From Nitrososphaerota archaeon (GTDB taxonomy: Archaea; Thermoproteota; Nitrososphaeria_A; Caldarchaeales; Calditenuaceae), in the NCBI GenBank assembly GCA_033581555.1, contig JAVQSZ010000003.1:1-64000 (forward strand): 64,000 nucleotides of DNA, written 5' to 3'. The notes beneath the pieces were generated by a model. It saw only the letters and a program-made list of their open reading frames with translations, searched no databases and was not told the origin of the DNA. Below, one piece after another: positions 38,407 through 47,270 of the stretch (its first letter is position 1; each line of letters starts with the position of its first letter). Both the position numbers and the translations under genes were made by a program.

Positions 38407-38470
38407 CCCCGCGCACCTTCGGGCTCCGTCGCTATAAAGGTGTAAGGAGCGTGCCCAGCGGTGCCGGTGT

Positions 38471-38788
38471 CTATTTCTGCTTGGTCGCGACCTCCGCGCG
38501 GACCTGCCCTACCGCAGCCTCGACCGAGGTCCTCAGTGAAGAGGCCAAGTCCCTCAGCCTAGAGAGCCCCCTCTGCAGCACGGACCGGACCTCGTGCCCC
38601 GGCTTGACCCTCAGGACGAACCTGAGCCTCTGGTGAAGCGGATGGATGAGCGCGGTTCCCGCGTACTCGACCTCATCCATTCCGTTCAGGACTTCCTGAA
38701 GGGAGTCCAGGACGCTGAAGTCGACGCCTTCGACCTCGAGGACGAGGTGAAGGTCTGACCTCTCCACTACCTTGACGGTGATCCCCAA
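38471..38788 (-). CDS. rpoL: RNA polymerase subunit L (Rpo11)
   Basis: LEVEG.D...L..L...L...DEVEYAG....HPL; TTG at 38788; follows csl4 as in the conserved order. Confidence 0.78.
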   Translation of the reverse strand: MGITVKVVERSDLHLVLEVEGVDFSVLDSLQEVLNGMDEVEYAGTALIHPLHQRLRFVLRVKPGHEVRSVLQRGLSRLRDLASSLRTSVEAAVGQVRAEVATKQK

Positions 38789-38790
38789 AC

Positions 38791-39372
38791 TCAGCGCACC
38801 TGGACCATCGCGGCCGCCGGGAACATAAATAGCAATTTCCCGAAGTTCCGGTAGAGCGTCGAGACCTTTTTCCTGTACGTCCTCCTGCAGTTCCCGCAGT
38901 TCAGGAGGTTGACCCGCTCGACGAGAGGACTCCCGCAGACGTCGCAGAACCCCAGGACCAACCCGAGCTCCTTCCCCTCCACCGAGAGCGTGTAGGTGCC
39001 GAAGGTGTCGTCGACGACCTTCGCCACGACTAGGTCCCCGACGTTGTAGTCGAGGAGCTTCGAGGTCCTCAGTATCGCGCCGCTGTACCGCAGCACCTTC
39101 TTCGTCCCGGCCACGCCGAGGATGTCGCACCACATCACCTTGTCCTGGAGTTCCCTGACAGCCGCGAGCACGATGTCGCCGGGCCTCGGCTTGGCGTCCC
39201 TCGTTAGGGGCCTCAGGGAGACCTCGTGCTGCCTGAGGTCGTAGTGCACCACTCCAGCCCTCTTCGCCAGTATCTCGCCCCTCCTGTTCGCCCAGAGTCC
39301 GTACCTGTGCACGAACTCCTCGATCACGCCGACCCTATCGCCGGGCAGCACCAGTCTCTTCTCCGCCACCAT
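38791..39372 (-). CDS. csl4: exosome subunit Csl4
   Basis: VLPGDRVGVIEEF, S1 domain, LG.V...CxxCG..L....L.CxxC...Y.KKVS. Confidence 0.88.
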   Translation of the reverse strand: MVAEKRLVLPGDRVGVIEEFVHRYGLWANRRGEILAKRAGVVHYDLRQHEVSLRPLTRDAKPRPGDIVLAAVRELQDKVMWCDILGVAGTKKVLRYSGAILRTSKLLDYNVGDLVVAKVVDDTFGTYTLSVEGKELGLVLGFCDVCGSPLVERVNLLNCGNCRRTYRKKVSTLYRNFGKLLFMFPAAAMVQVR

Positions 39373-39481
39373 TCCGGTTCACAATCACCTCACGGCTATT
39401 ATGGTTATCCCGGCACAAGTTTGAGCTCGCGTTGCAGACCTGAGAGAAACGCAGGGCCAGTTCCGAGTCCTGGTCGCTCCT

Positions 39482-40981
39482 TCACCCGAGCACAATTCTG
39501 TAGTAAGGCCTCATCGGGCCATGCTGGCTGTCGAGGTAGATCCCCTTGATCTCCAGGTAGTGCTCTATCGCGAGGACGGTGTTGTTCCTGCCGATCCCGG
39601 ACTGCTTGAATCCTCCCCACGGCATCTCCACCGGAAGCGTGTAGTAGGTGTTTATCCAGACGGCCCCCGCCTTCACCCGTTCCGCGACCCTAAGGGCCTT
39701 GCCGAGGTCGGAGCTCCAAACGCCGGCCGCGAGCCCGTAGACGGTCTGGTTCGCTAGCCTGACGGCCTCGTCCTCGTCGCTGAACTCTGTGACGGTCAGG
39801 ACCGGTCCGAAGATCTCCTCTTGGAAGAGCTTGCTCTCGGGGGGCACGTCGTCGACCACGGTCGGCTGCATGTAGTTCCCCCTGGAGTAGATCCCGTCGG
39901 TGAGCCTGTTGCCTCCGTACGCGACCTTCAAGCCCTCGGACTCGGCCGCCGCGACGTACTCCATCACCTTCTCCAGCTGGCCCCTGCTGACCAGCGGACC
40001 GACGTCGCTGCTCTCCTCGAGCTGGTAGCCGACCCTCAGCCTGCTAACCCTCTCCACGACCGCCCTCACCAGCTTTTCCTTGACCCTCGAGTGGACCAGT
40101 AGCCGCGAGCCCGCAGCGCACGACTCGCCGTTGTTGGCGTAGGCGCCGTATGTGACAGCGTTCGCGGCCCTCTCGAGGTCAGCGTCGTCGAAGACGATGT
40201 TCGGGTTCTTCCCCCCAAGCTCCAGCACTACCCTCTTCAGGGTCCTCGATGCCCTCTCGAGTATCCACTTGCCCGTGGTGGTCTCGCCCGTGAAGTTGAT
40301 CGCGTCGACCTTCTCGTTCGCTATCAGCGCGCCACCCACCGTCTCGCCCCCGCCGGTGACGACGTTGAAGACGCCCTTCGGTGCGCCTGCCATCGAGAGG
40401 ATCTTCGCGAGCTCGACCGCGGAGGCCGACGTCAGGGACGACGGCTTCGCGACCACGGTGCACCCCGCTGCTAAGGCCGGCGCGACCTGTCTGCATAGGA
40501 TGAGGAAGGGGAAGTTCCACGGCGTGATGGCGGCCACGACGCCCACCGGCTGCTTCACGACCGCCACCAGGTCCCCGGTCCTGTGGATTTGGCCAGTTCC
40601 GAGCACCTTGTCTGCCAGCCCCGCGTAGAACTCCATGATCTCGGCCGCTCTGGGTATGTCGCTCGTCCGACTGGTCCTTATCGTCTTCCCGGAGAAGAGG
40701 CTCTCGAGCCTCGCGAGCCTCTCGAGGTCCTCACGTATCAGCTCCGCGGCCTTGAAGAGCACCCTAGCCCTCAGTCTGTAGTCGGAGACCCAGCCGCCGG
40801 CGTTGTTGTCGAAGGCCCTCCTCGCGGCGTCGACCGCGGCGCCCACGTCCCTCGACCCGTCAGCGACGAGACCTATCGTACGACTCTCGTCGCCCGGGTC
40901 AGTCCGAGGGATGTACGAACCGGACGAGGGCTCGACCTCCTGGCCCTCTATGAAGAGGTTGATCCTCAGCACGGGCTCCAT
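39482..40981 (-). CDS. aldehyde dehydrogenase
   Basis: ITPWNFP, FTGET..G, LELGGKNP, GESCAAG, EEIFGPV. Confidence 0.93.
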   Translation of the reverse strand: MEPVLRINLFIEGQEVEPSSGSYIPRTDPGDESRTIGLVADGSRDVGAAVDAARRAFDNNAGGWVSDYRLRARVLFKAAELIREDLERLARLESLFSGKTIRTSRTSDIPRAAEIMEFYAGLADKVLGTGQIHRTGDLVAVVKQPVGVVAAITPWNFPFLILCRQVAPALAAGCTVVAKPSSLTSASAVELAKILSMAGAPKGVFNVVTGGGETVGGALIANEKVDAINFTGETTTGKWILERASRTLKRVVLELGGKNPNIVFDDADLERAANAVTYGAYANNGESCAAGSRLLVHSRVKEKLVRAVVERVSRLRVGYQLEESSDVGPLVSRGQLEKVMEYVAAAESEGLKVAYGGNRLTDGIYSRGNYMQPTVVDDVPPESKLFQEEIFGPVLTVTEFSDEDEAVRLANQTVYGLAAGVWSSDLGKALRVAERVKAGAVWINTYYTLPVEMPWGGFKQSGIGRNNTVLAIEHYLEIKGIYLDSQHGPMRPYYRIVLG

Positions 40982-41285
40982 GCGCTGAAGGGCTATCTCT
41001 GGGACGCTTTATATCCTATCCGAGCGAAGAGGAGTTGAGTCTGTTCGCGGGAGGAGCAGGGCGCGTGGAACTTGATGCGCTATCCGCAGGGATCTTCGGA
41101 CTTCGCGCCGACCATTTGGATTCATCCGTGCGTCCGAGGGCCTCGCCCTCTCACCTTACAGACACCTCGAGCCCTAACCGACTCGTAGGCGTCTATACCC
41201 GCGTATATCCCGTAAGTACAGGTCATGGTGGTCGGTGTCGAATATACGGACCTGCTAAATACGCCCCGGGCCGGCCACCGGCGGA

Positions 41286-41768
41286 ATGAGCGGGCTGGAG
41301 GGTCGGGCGAAGTGGGTCGGGACCGAGCAGGTGCAGGCGAGGCCGATCGTCGTGCCGATATTCGAGGGCGTCGACCCGAGGAGGGCGGTAGAGGTCGCGG
41401 CAGAGGAGGCGGCGGCTTCCGGTCAGGAGGTCCTGCTGGTCGCGGTCGTCAGGAGGCCGAAGTCCTTGCCGAGGGGCTTCAACGAGTACGCGAGGGCCGA
41501 GTGGAAGGGCGAGAGCCCTTGGTGGCTCTACGTCAGGCTCCTGGGTGAGCAGACGCTCAGGCCTCACCTCGATTACCTCAGGTCGAAGGGAATAAGGTGC
41601 GACTACCTCGTCGAGACGACGGAGAGCGTGAAGTACGCCATCGCGGATCTACCGGTCGGGCCGTCGAAGGTAGTCGTGGCCTTGCCCTCTAGGAGGGCCG
41701 ACAGGGAGTTCAGGAGGCTGGTCGAGGTCCTCGAGAGCCTCAGGGTCCCCATTCTCATCACGCCCTGA
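41286..41768 (+). CDS. universal stress protein-like
   Basis: IVVPI...RAVEVAAE.A...EVLLVAVV...VPILITP topology. Confidence 0.55.
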   Translation: MSGLEGRAKWVGTEQVQARPIVVPIFEGVDPRRAVEVAAEEAAASGQEVLLVAVVRRPKSLPRGFNEYARAEWKGESPWWLYVRLLGEQTLRPHLDYLRSKGIRCDYLVETTESVKYAIADLPVGPSKVVVALPSRRADREFRRLVEVLESLRVPILITP

Positions 41769-41818
41769 GCCGTCGGGGAACCCTTAATCCGATGCGTCTC
41801 AGAAGCTCTCGGTGACCC

Positions 41819-42469
41819 GTGAGCAAGGCGAGGTGGTTAGCTGAGCGGCGGGGCGACCCGTGGCACAGGAGGGCGATGGCCGAGGGTTACCCATCGAGGG
41901 CCGCCTACAAGCTCCTCTACATCCAACAGAGGTACGGGATACTCGAGAGGGGAGACGTCGTCGTCGACATCGGGTCCTGGCCGGGAGGGATGCTCAAGGT
42001 CGAGTCCGAGATCGTCGGGCCCGAGGGCCTCGTCGTCGCGGTCGACCTGAGGGAGCCGGTCTTCAGGGCGGAGAACGTCAGGTTCCTGAGGATGGACGTC
42101 GAAGACCCGAGGGCGACCGATGCGATCCTGGACGCGTGTGGCGGCGAGAGGTGCGACGTCCTCGTCTCCGACGCTTCCCCGAAGTTCACCGGCGCGAAGG
42201 ACGTCGACGCCTTCAACCAGCTCCTTCTGACCGTCAGGGCGGTCGAGGTCGCCGACGTCGTACTGGCGTGGGGCGGAAACGCCGTCTTCAAGGCCTTCGA
42301 CTGTCCCGAGCTCCCGGTCGTGGAGCAGAGGCTGAGGAGGTCCTTCCGGGCCTACAAGAGGGTGGTGACGCCACCGACGCTGAGGAAGAGGTCCTCGGAG
42401 GTCTACATGGTCTGCATAGGCAAGGCGAGGGAGGGCGTCAGCGAGGGGCTGAGGGAGCTCGTCGTCTGA
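41819..42469 (+). CDS. rlmE: RlmE/FtsJ 23S rRNA 2'-O-methyltransferase
   Basis: SRAAYKL, DIGSWPGG, SDASP, K, SSEVY (K-D-K-E tetrad). Confidence 0.9.
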   Translation: MSKARWLAERRGDPWHRRAMAEGYPSRAAYKLLYIQQRYGILERGDVVVDIGSWPGGMLKVESEIVGPEGLVVAVDLREPVFRAENVRFLRMDVEDPRATDAILDACGGERCDVLVSDASPKFTGAKDVDAFNQLLLTVRAVEVADVVLAWGGNAVFKAFDCPELPVVEQRLRRSFRAYKRVVTPPTLRKRSSEVYMVCIGKAREGVSEGLRELVV

Positions 42470-42516
42470 AACCCCTTCACCGCTTTGAGATATTTTAGGA
42501 GAGCCTGAGCATCGCG

Positions 42517-42789
42517 ATGGGGTTGCGGGAGCTCACGGCCTACCTCGTGAAGGCAAGCATAGGCGTCCTCGCGGGCGCGGCCTCGGCGTACGTCTCGGTC
42601 CTCGCCCACTGGGCCCTCACGATCCCGCTGGCAGCCGGCGTCTACTTGCTGGTGACGTACGCGACGCTCGGCCTGATCCGCAGGGACAACCCGCACCTCA
42701 CGGGGAGGAGGGCCTGGACGCTGGCCGTGGGCGCGTACTCGACCGTCTGGTTGACCTGCTGGCTGCTCTTCTACAACCTAATCGCATGA
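42517..42789 (+). CDS. 3-TM membrane protein, EMC6/Rab5ip-like
   Basis: IGVLAG...; C-terminal G.Y..VW..W.L.YNL pattern. Confidence 0.55.
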   Translation: MGLRELTAYLVKASIGVLAGAASAYVSVLAHWALTIPLAAGVYLLVTYATLGLIRRDNPHLTGRRAWTLAVGAYSTVWLTCWLLFYNLIA

Positions 42790-42801
42790 CGCAGACTTCC
42801 G

Positions 42802-43179
42802 TCAGGACGGGCCGGCCTCTGCCCTCTTCCTGTACCTGTCTGGCTCCGGCAGCTTGTCGAAGTTCCTCAGGATCGCCTCCCACACCTCCATGACCTCAGA
42901 CGCCTCCTCGAGGGTACCGTTCGCCTCCCTCATCGACTTCAGGTACTCCTCTAGCTCGGACTTCGGGTCCTCGGCGGTGAAGGCCCTGAAGACTAGCGAC
43001 GCGGCGTCGTCAGTCGTGTAGGAGAGGTGGATCCCCCTGAGGACCCTCGCGACCTTGAGCTCCGAGTCGGACTTCGCTCGACTCTCCAGGGACTCGATCA
43101 TCCTCTCCGCGTCCGAGTACCTCCCCGAGAAGAGCGTCTTGACGAACTTCACCACGGCCTTCTCGAGCCTCTCGTCCAC
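42802..43179 (-). CDS. hypothetical helical protein
   Basis: 125-aa ORF 3 nt downstream of the radA stop, genome-typical codon usage. Confidence 0.65.
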   Translation of the reverse strand: MDERLEKAVVKFVKTLFSGRYSDAERMIESLESRAKSDSELKVARVLRGIHLSYTTDDAASLVFRAFTAEDPKSELEEYLKSMREANGTLEEASEVMEVWEAILRNFDKLPEPDRYRKRAEAGPS

Positions 43180-43182
43180 GCC

Positions 43183-44208
43183 TCACCGCCTCCTTAGCTC
43201 CTCCCTTTCGGACTCCTCGACGTCCTCGATGCCGTTCTGAGTTATTTTGATCAGCACCTCGCCCTCGGGGAGGTAAGGGCTCGAGACGAGCCTGACAATC
43301 CTGAGGTTCTTCCCCGCTGTCTTCCTGACGAATAGCCTCGTGTGGCTCGTGTGCCCGACTATGTGTCCGCCGACCGGGGCGACGACCATCGGCGAGAAGA
43401 ACTCGTCGGGCCTCGCCATCACCTGGTTGGTCACGACCGCGGCCGCATTGAAGGCCCTCGCGAGCCTCAGGAGCCTGTGCATGTGCTTGTTCAGCTTCTG
43501 CTGCCTCTCCGCGAGCATCTCCCTCCCTATGTATTCGCTCCTGAAGTGGGCCGTCAGGGAGTCGACGATGATCAGCCTGACGTTGTTCTCTTTGATGACC
43601 CTGTCGGCCTTCTCGAGGAGGAGCATCTGGTGGTCGCTGTTGTAGGCCTCCGCGTAGACGATCCTCTCGAGCACGCCGTCCGGATCGAGGCCCAAGTTCT
43701 TGGCCATCGCCTCGATCCTCTCGATCCTGAACGTGTTCTCGGTGTCGATGTAGAGGGCCGCGCCGTTCAGGCCCCCGCGCTCCTCAGGGAGCTGGACGTT
43801 AACCGCCAACTGGTGGCAGAGCTGCGACTTCCCGGACCCGAACTCGCCAAAGAACTCCGTGATCGACATGGTCTCGATCCCACCGCCTACCAGCCCGTCG
43901 AGCGCCCTGCTCCCGGTGGTGATCCTCCCGATCGAGCTCCTGTACTTGATCAGCTCCTTCGCGGTCACCCAGGAGATCTCTATCGTCTCCCTCGCGAGCT
44001 CTATCAGCTCCTGTGCCTTCTTCTCGCCGATCCCCGCGGCCTCCAGCTCGCTCACCGTCGCGGTCGCTAGGGCCTCGACGGTCGAGAACCCGATCTCCCT
44101 CAGCTTCTCCGCGGTCGCAGGCCCGACTCCCGGGAGCTCCGAGATGTCGGTGAAGGCCGGGACCTTTTCCCTCTCCTTCTGCTGCTTCGCCTTCTCCTTC
44201 TGCGGCAT
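43183..44208 (-). CDS. radA: DNA repair and recombination protein RadA
   Basis: [39 protein letters not shown]. Confidence 0.96.
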   Translation of the reverse strand: MPQKEKAKQQKEREKVPAFTDISELPGVGPATAEKLREIGFSTVEALATATVSELEAAGIGEKKAQELIELARETIEISWVTAKELIKYRSSIGRITTGSRALDGLVGGGIETMSITEFFGEFGSGKSQLCHQLAVNVQLPEERGGLNGAALYIDTENTFRIERIEAMAKNLGLDPDGVLERIVYAEAYNSDHQMLLLEKADRVIKENNVRLIIVDSLTAHFRSEYIGREMLAERQQKLNKHMHRLLRLARAFNAAAVVTNQVMARPDEFFSPMVVAPVGGHIVGHTSHTRLFVRKTAGKNLRIVRLVSSPYLPEGEVLIKITQNGIEDVEESEREELRRR

Positions 44209-44424
44209 CCCGATCGGACGACTGTCTCACCCCGATATAAGGGCGAGACGAAGTGGCCACGAGAGCGTCCCTGTGTTGACCCTCGAGGCCGCCGGCTGAT
44301 CGTGAGGCTCGGGACCTCAGCGTGCTCGCCGTCAGTCCGCGCGGCCCTCCGGCCGGACTACCCGTCTCAGAGCCGATCCGAGGGGTGCCAATTTTTATAA
44401 AAAACGTACTCGAAAAAGAGCTCG

Positions 44425-44838
44425 GTGTCGTCGGAACCGATCGACGAGGCGTTCATCGAGACCCACGCGAGGAGGTTGAGGGACATCCTCCCGGCGCGGA
44501 AGGCATCGCTCGAGGAGCTGATCAACTCCCCTGACCCGCACGTCGAGACGCTCGGAGGAGGGCTCCACAGGTTCAGGAGGGAGGACCTGCTCGGGGCGGA
44601 CAGGGTCCTGGCCGGCGAGCTGAGGCGGGCTCCCGTCTTCCCGATAACATTCTCGTCAGGCGACGAGTTCGGCAAGGGCGTCGTCCTCCTGAGGAGCAGG
44701 GCCGAGGCGGCCGTCTACAGGGCGCTGATGGGGCTCCAGTTCGTCCCCGAGACGCCCGAGGGGTACGCCTACACCTACAAGCCCCTCGTCGCCGAGTTCT
44801 TCAGGAGGTTCCCCTCGCTGGCCGTCATCTCCGCCTGA
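44425..44838 (+). CDS. DUF61/UPF0216-like protein
   Basis: LP..K.SL.EL.....P.V....G..HRF.REDL, Y.YKP.V....RRFP. Confidence 0.65.
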   Translation: MSSEPIDEAFIETHARRLRDILPARKASLEELINSPDPHVETLGGGLHRFRREDLLGADRVLAGELRRAPVFPITFSSGDEFGKGVVLLRSRAEAAVYRALMGLQFVPETPEGYAYTYKPLVAEFFRRFPSLAVISA

Positions 44839-44890
44839 TCGATCCGGTCAACGTTTTAGTCGTGCCGGTCGCGCTGACCCCCGAGCGGTC

Positions 44891-46312
44891 TTGGGGTCCC
44901 GAGAGGACCTCCTCAGGCAGAGGGAGAAGGCGAGAGATCTGACCCTGAAGATCGTTGAGGCGCTCGCGGAGAGGGAGAGGGTGGTGGCCGAGATATCGAG
45001 GCTGAAGTCCGAGCTCGGAGTTCCAGAGTTCGTCCCCGACGTCGAGAGGGAGCTGAGGGCGGCCGCGCTGAGGAGGGCCGCGGAGCTCGGGGTGGACCAG
45101 GACCTCGTGAGGAGGGTCCTGACGCTGGTCCTCAGGAGCTCTGTCAGGGCCCAGGCCTCGACCTCAAACCCGAACAGGGTGACCCACATGGACCTCATGC
45201 GGGCCGCGAAGAGGATGGAGCGGAACGGAAGGGAGGTGGTCCACATGGAGGTCGGGGAGCCGACGCTCGGTGCACCTCCGGAGGTCGCGAGGGAGCTGAG
45301 CGACGCGGCCCTGAGGGGCTACGCCTTCTACGGTGAGGCTGCGGGCCTGCAGGAGCTGAGGTCCGCGATCGCGGAGGACCTGAAGGAGAGGTTCGGGGTC
45401 GACGTCAAGCCGGAGAACGTCGTGGTCACGCAAGGCGGCAGGTTCGGCGTCTACCTCGTAATGGCGTCGATCCTCTCGGTCGGAGACGAGGTCCTCGTGA
45501 TAGACCCTTCGTGGCCCCATTACAAGCAGACCGCTGAGTCGATCGGGTGTAGGCCGGTCGTCCACAGGACCTCGCTGGAGGGCTCCTGGACCCCGGACCC
45601 CGCGGAGATGGAAGGCCTTGTCAGCGACTCGACGAGGCTGATCGTGATCAACTACCCGAACAACCCGACCGGCTCGGTGATAAGCGAGGGCATGATGCGC
45701 GAGCTGGTCGAGCTCGCGGAGAGGAGCGGGGCCTACCTCCTCAGCGACGAGGTCTACATGGACTACTCCTTCGGCGAGCACGTCACCGCGCTGGCCTCTG
45801 GCTCCGAGAGGGTCGCGATGCTGATGTCCTTCTCTAAGAGCTGGGGCATGACCGGCTACAGGATCGGGTACGTCGTCGCGCCCAAGGAGGTCGCTGAGAG
45901 GGCTGCCCGGATTCAGGGGTCGCTCCTGACCTGCGTCCCAGAGTTCATCCAGATGGCAGCCCTGAGGGCTCTCTCCGACAGGGAGACGCCGAGGAGGTAC
46001 AGGGAGCACATGATGAGGGGGATCGAGGTCATCTGCTCGCACCTGGACCGGGTCGGCGCCCGCTACGTTAGGCCCGGCGGAGGGATGTACGTGTTCCCCC
46101 AGCTCCCGGTGGAGGACTCGATGGGGTTCGCCCTCAGGCTCCTGGAGAGGAGGGGGGTCGCGATCGCGCCCGGCCAGGTCTTCGGGAACTATCAGGGCTT
46201 CGTGAGACTCAGCGTCGGCGACTCCCTCGAGAAGATCGAGAAGGGGATGAGGGCGTTGGCCGAGGAGCTCTCCGACGGCCGTGCCACGGGTCCCGGGGAA
46301 TTCCCAGGATAA
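44891..46312 (+). CDS. chorismate mutase (AroQ)-like domain fused to class I/II PLP aminotransferase
   Basis: N-terminal ~90-aa helical AroQ pattern (R..ER..LK..E..S...Q); NYPNNPTG, DEVY, SFSKSWGMTGYRIG. Confidence 0.85.
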   Translation: MGSREDLLRQREKARDLTLKIVEALAERERVVAEISRLKSELGVPEFVPDVERELRAAALRRAAELGVDQDLVRRVLTLVLRSSVRAQASTSNPNRVTHMDLMRAAKRMERNGREVVHMEVGEPTLGAPPEVARELSDAALRGYAFYGEAAGLQELRSAIAEDLKERFGVDVKPENVVVTQGGRFGVYLVMASILSVGDEVLVIDPSWPHYKQTAESIGCRPVVHRTSLEGSWTPDPAEMEGLVSDSTRLIVINYPNNPTGSVISEGMMRELVELAERSGAYLLSDEVYMDYSFGEHVTALASGSERVAMLMSFSKSWGMTGYRIGYVVAPKEVAERAARIQGSLLTCVPEFIQMAALRALSDRETPRRYREHMMRGIEVICSHLDRVGARYVRPGGGMYVFPQLPVEDSMGFALRLLERRGVAIAPGQVFGNYQGFVRLSVGDSLEKIEKGMRALAEELSDGRATGPGEFPG

Positions 46313-46406
46313 TTCGCCGGAGAAGTCCAGCCGAATAACTCCGAGCGCACGGACTCCAACATTTATATCAAATGAAACTTGATCGGGATAGAAGCGTGGT
46401 GGGGAA

Positions 46407-47267
46407 ATGGCGGTATTAGGTAGGGTCGTCTGCCCGCACTGCGGAAAGCTCACGATCAAGGGGAAGTTCTGCATGAATTGCGGAAAGGAGCTCGAGGCGC
46501 CGGCAACCCAGCCTCCCGTTCAGCCCAGGCCGACGCCCCCGCAGCCCGGCGCCCCTACGCCTCCTACGATTGAGCTGGCAGCGCCTCCTGCTGAGCAGCA
46601 GGCCCCGCCCGAGGCCCCGAAGGAGGTCCAACCCGAGGAGCTCACGGAGGAGAGGAGGCTCGTCGAGCAGCTCTCGAAGCTCTACAACTGGCAGCTCAGG
46701 CTGGTCGACCTCTTCCTCGACGGCGAGGCCACGTTCGACGCGTTCTCCGAGATCTACACTGACTACGAGTCCCGGATAGCGACGCTCAACCAGAAGAGGC
46801 TCGAGATGATCAGCAGGTACGAGGAGAGGATCAAGGAGCTGACCCAGAGGCTCGACAACCTGAAGCTCCGGCATGAGGTCAGCGAGATCACCGACAGGGA
46901 GTACATCAGGCAGAAGATCGAGATCGACCGTGAGATCTCGAAGCTGAGGCCGAAGCTGACGATCCTTCAGAACCCGATCGAGATCAAGATCGGCGACATA
47001 CCGAGGTTCAGGTCCGATATACAGGAGAGGATGGAGAGGGTGAAGAGGCAGGCGAAGGACCTGAACATGCCCGAGGAGTGGGTCCAGAGGGTCGTGAACA
47101 ACCTCAGGGTCCTGTTGGACGCGATAGGCGAGCTGGTCAAGCAGTACGAGAGGATAAAGGCGGAGATGGTGAAGTTGGAGCTCAGGTACAAGGTTGGGGA
47201 GCTGAAGCACGACGACTACATGTCCCAGAGGCAGAGGTTAGAGAGGCAGCTGGAGCTCACCTTCTGA
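46407..47267 (+). CDS. Zn-ribbon + Pro-rich linker + CdvA-like coiled-coil protein
   Basis: CPHCG...FCMNCG; repeated L.L....GE.....Y motifs separated by heptads. Confidence 0.65.
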   Translation: MAVLGRVVCPHCGKLTIKGKFCMNCGKELEAPATQPPVQPRPTPPQPGAPTPPTIELAAPPAEQQAPPEAPKEVQPEELTEERRLVEQLSKLYNWQLRLVDLFLDGEATFDAFSEIYTDYESRIATLNQKRLEMISRYEERIKELTQRLDNLKLRHEVSEITDREYIRQKIEIDREISKLRPKLTILQNPIEIKIGDIPRFRSDIQERMERVKRQAKDLNMPEEWVQRVVNNLRVLLDAIGELVKQYERIKAEMVKLELRYKVGELKHDDYMSQRQRLERQLELTF

Positions 47268-47270
47268 GGG

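Noticed and set aside
38789-39133. Long N-terminal extension of RpoL in the ORF track
   Set aside because: Overlaps csl4 in another frame; the real start is probably TTG 38788. The track extensions of Nop10, HD, HIT, MaoC2 and the 31542 gene were trimmed for the same reason.
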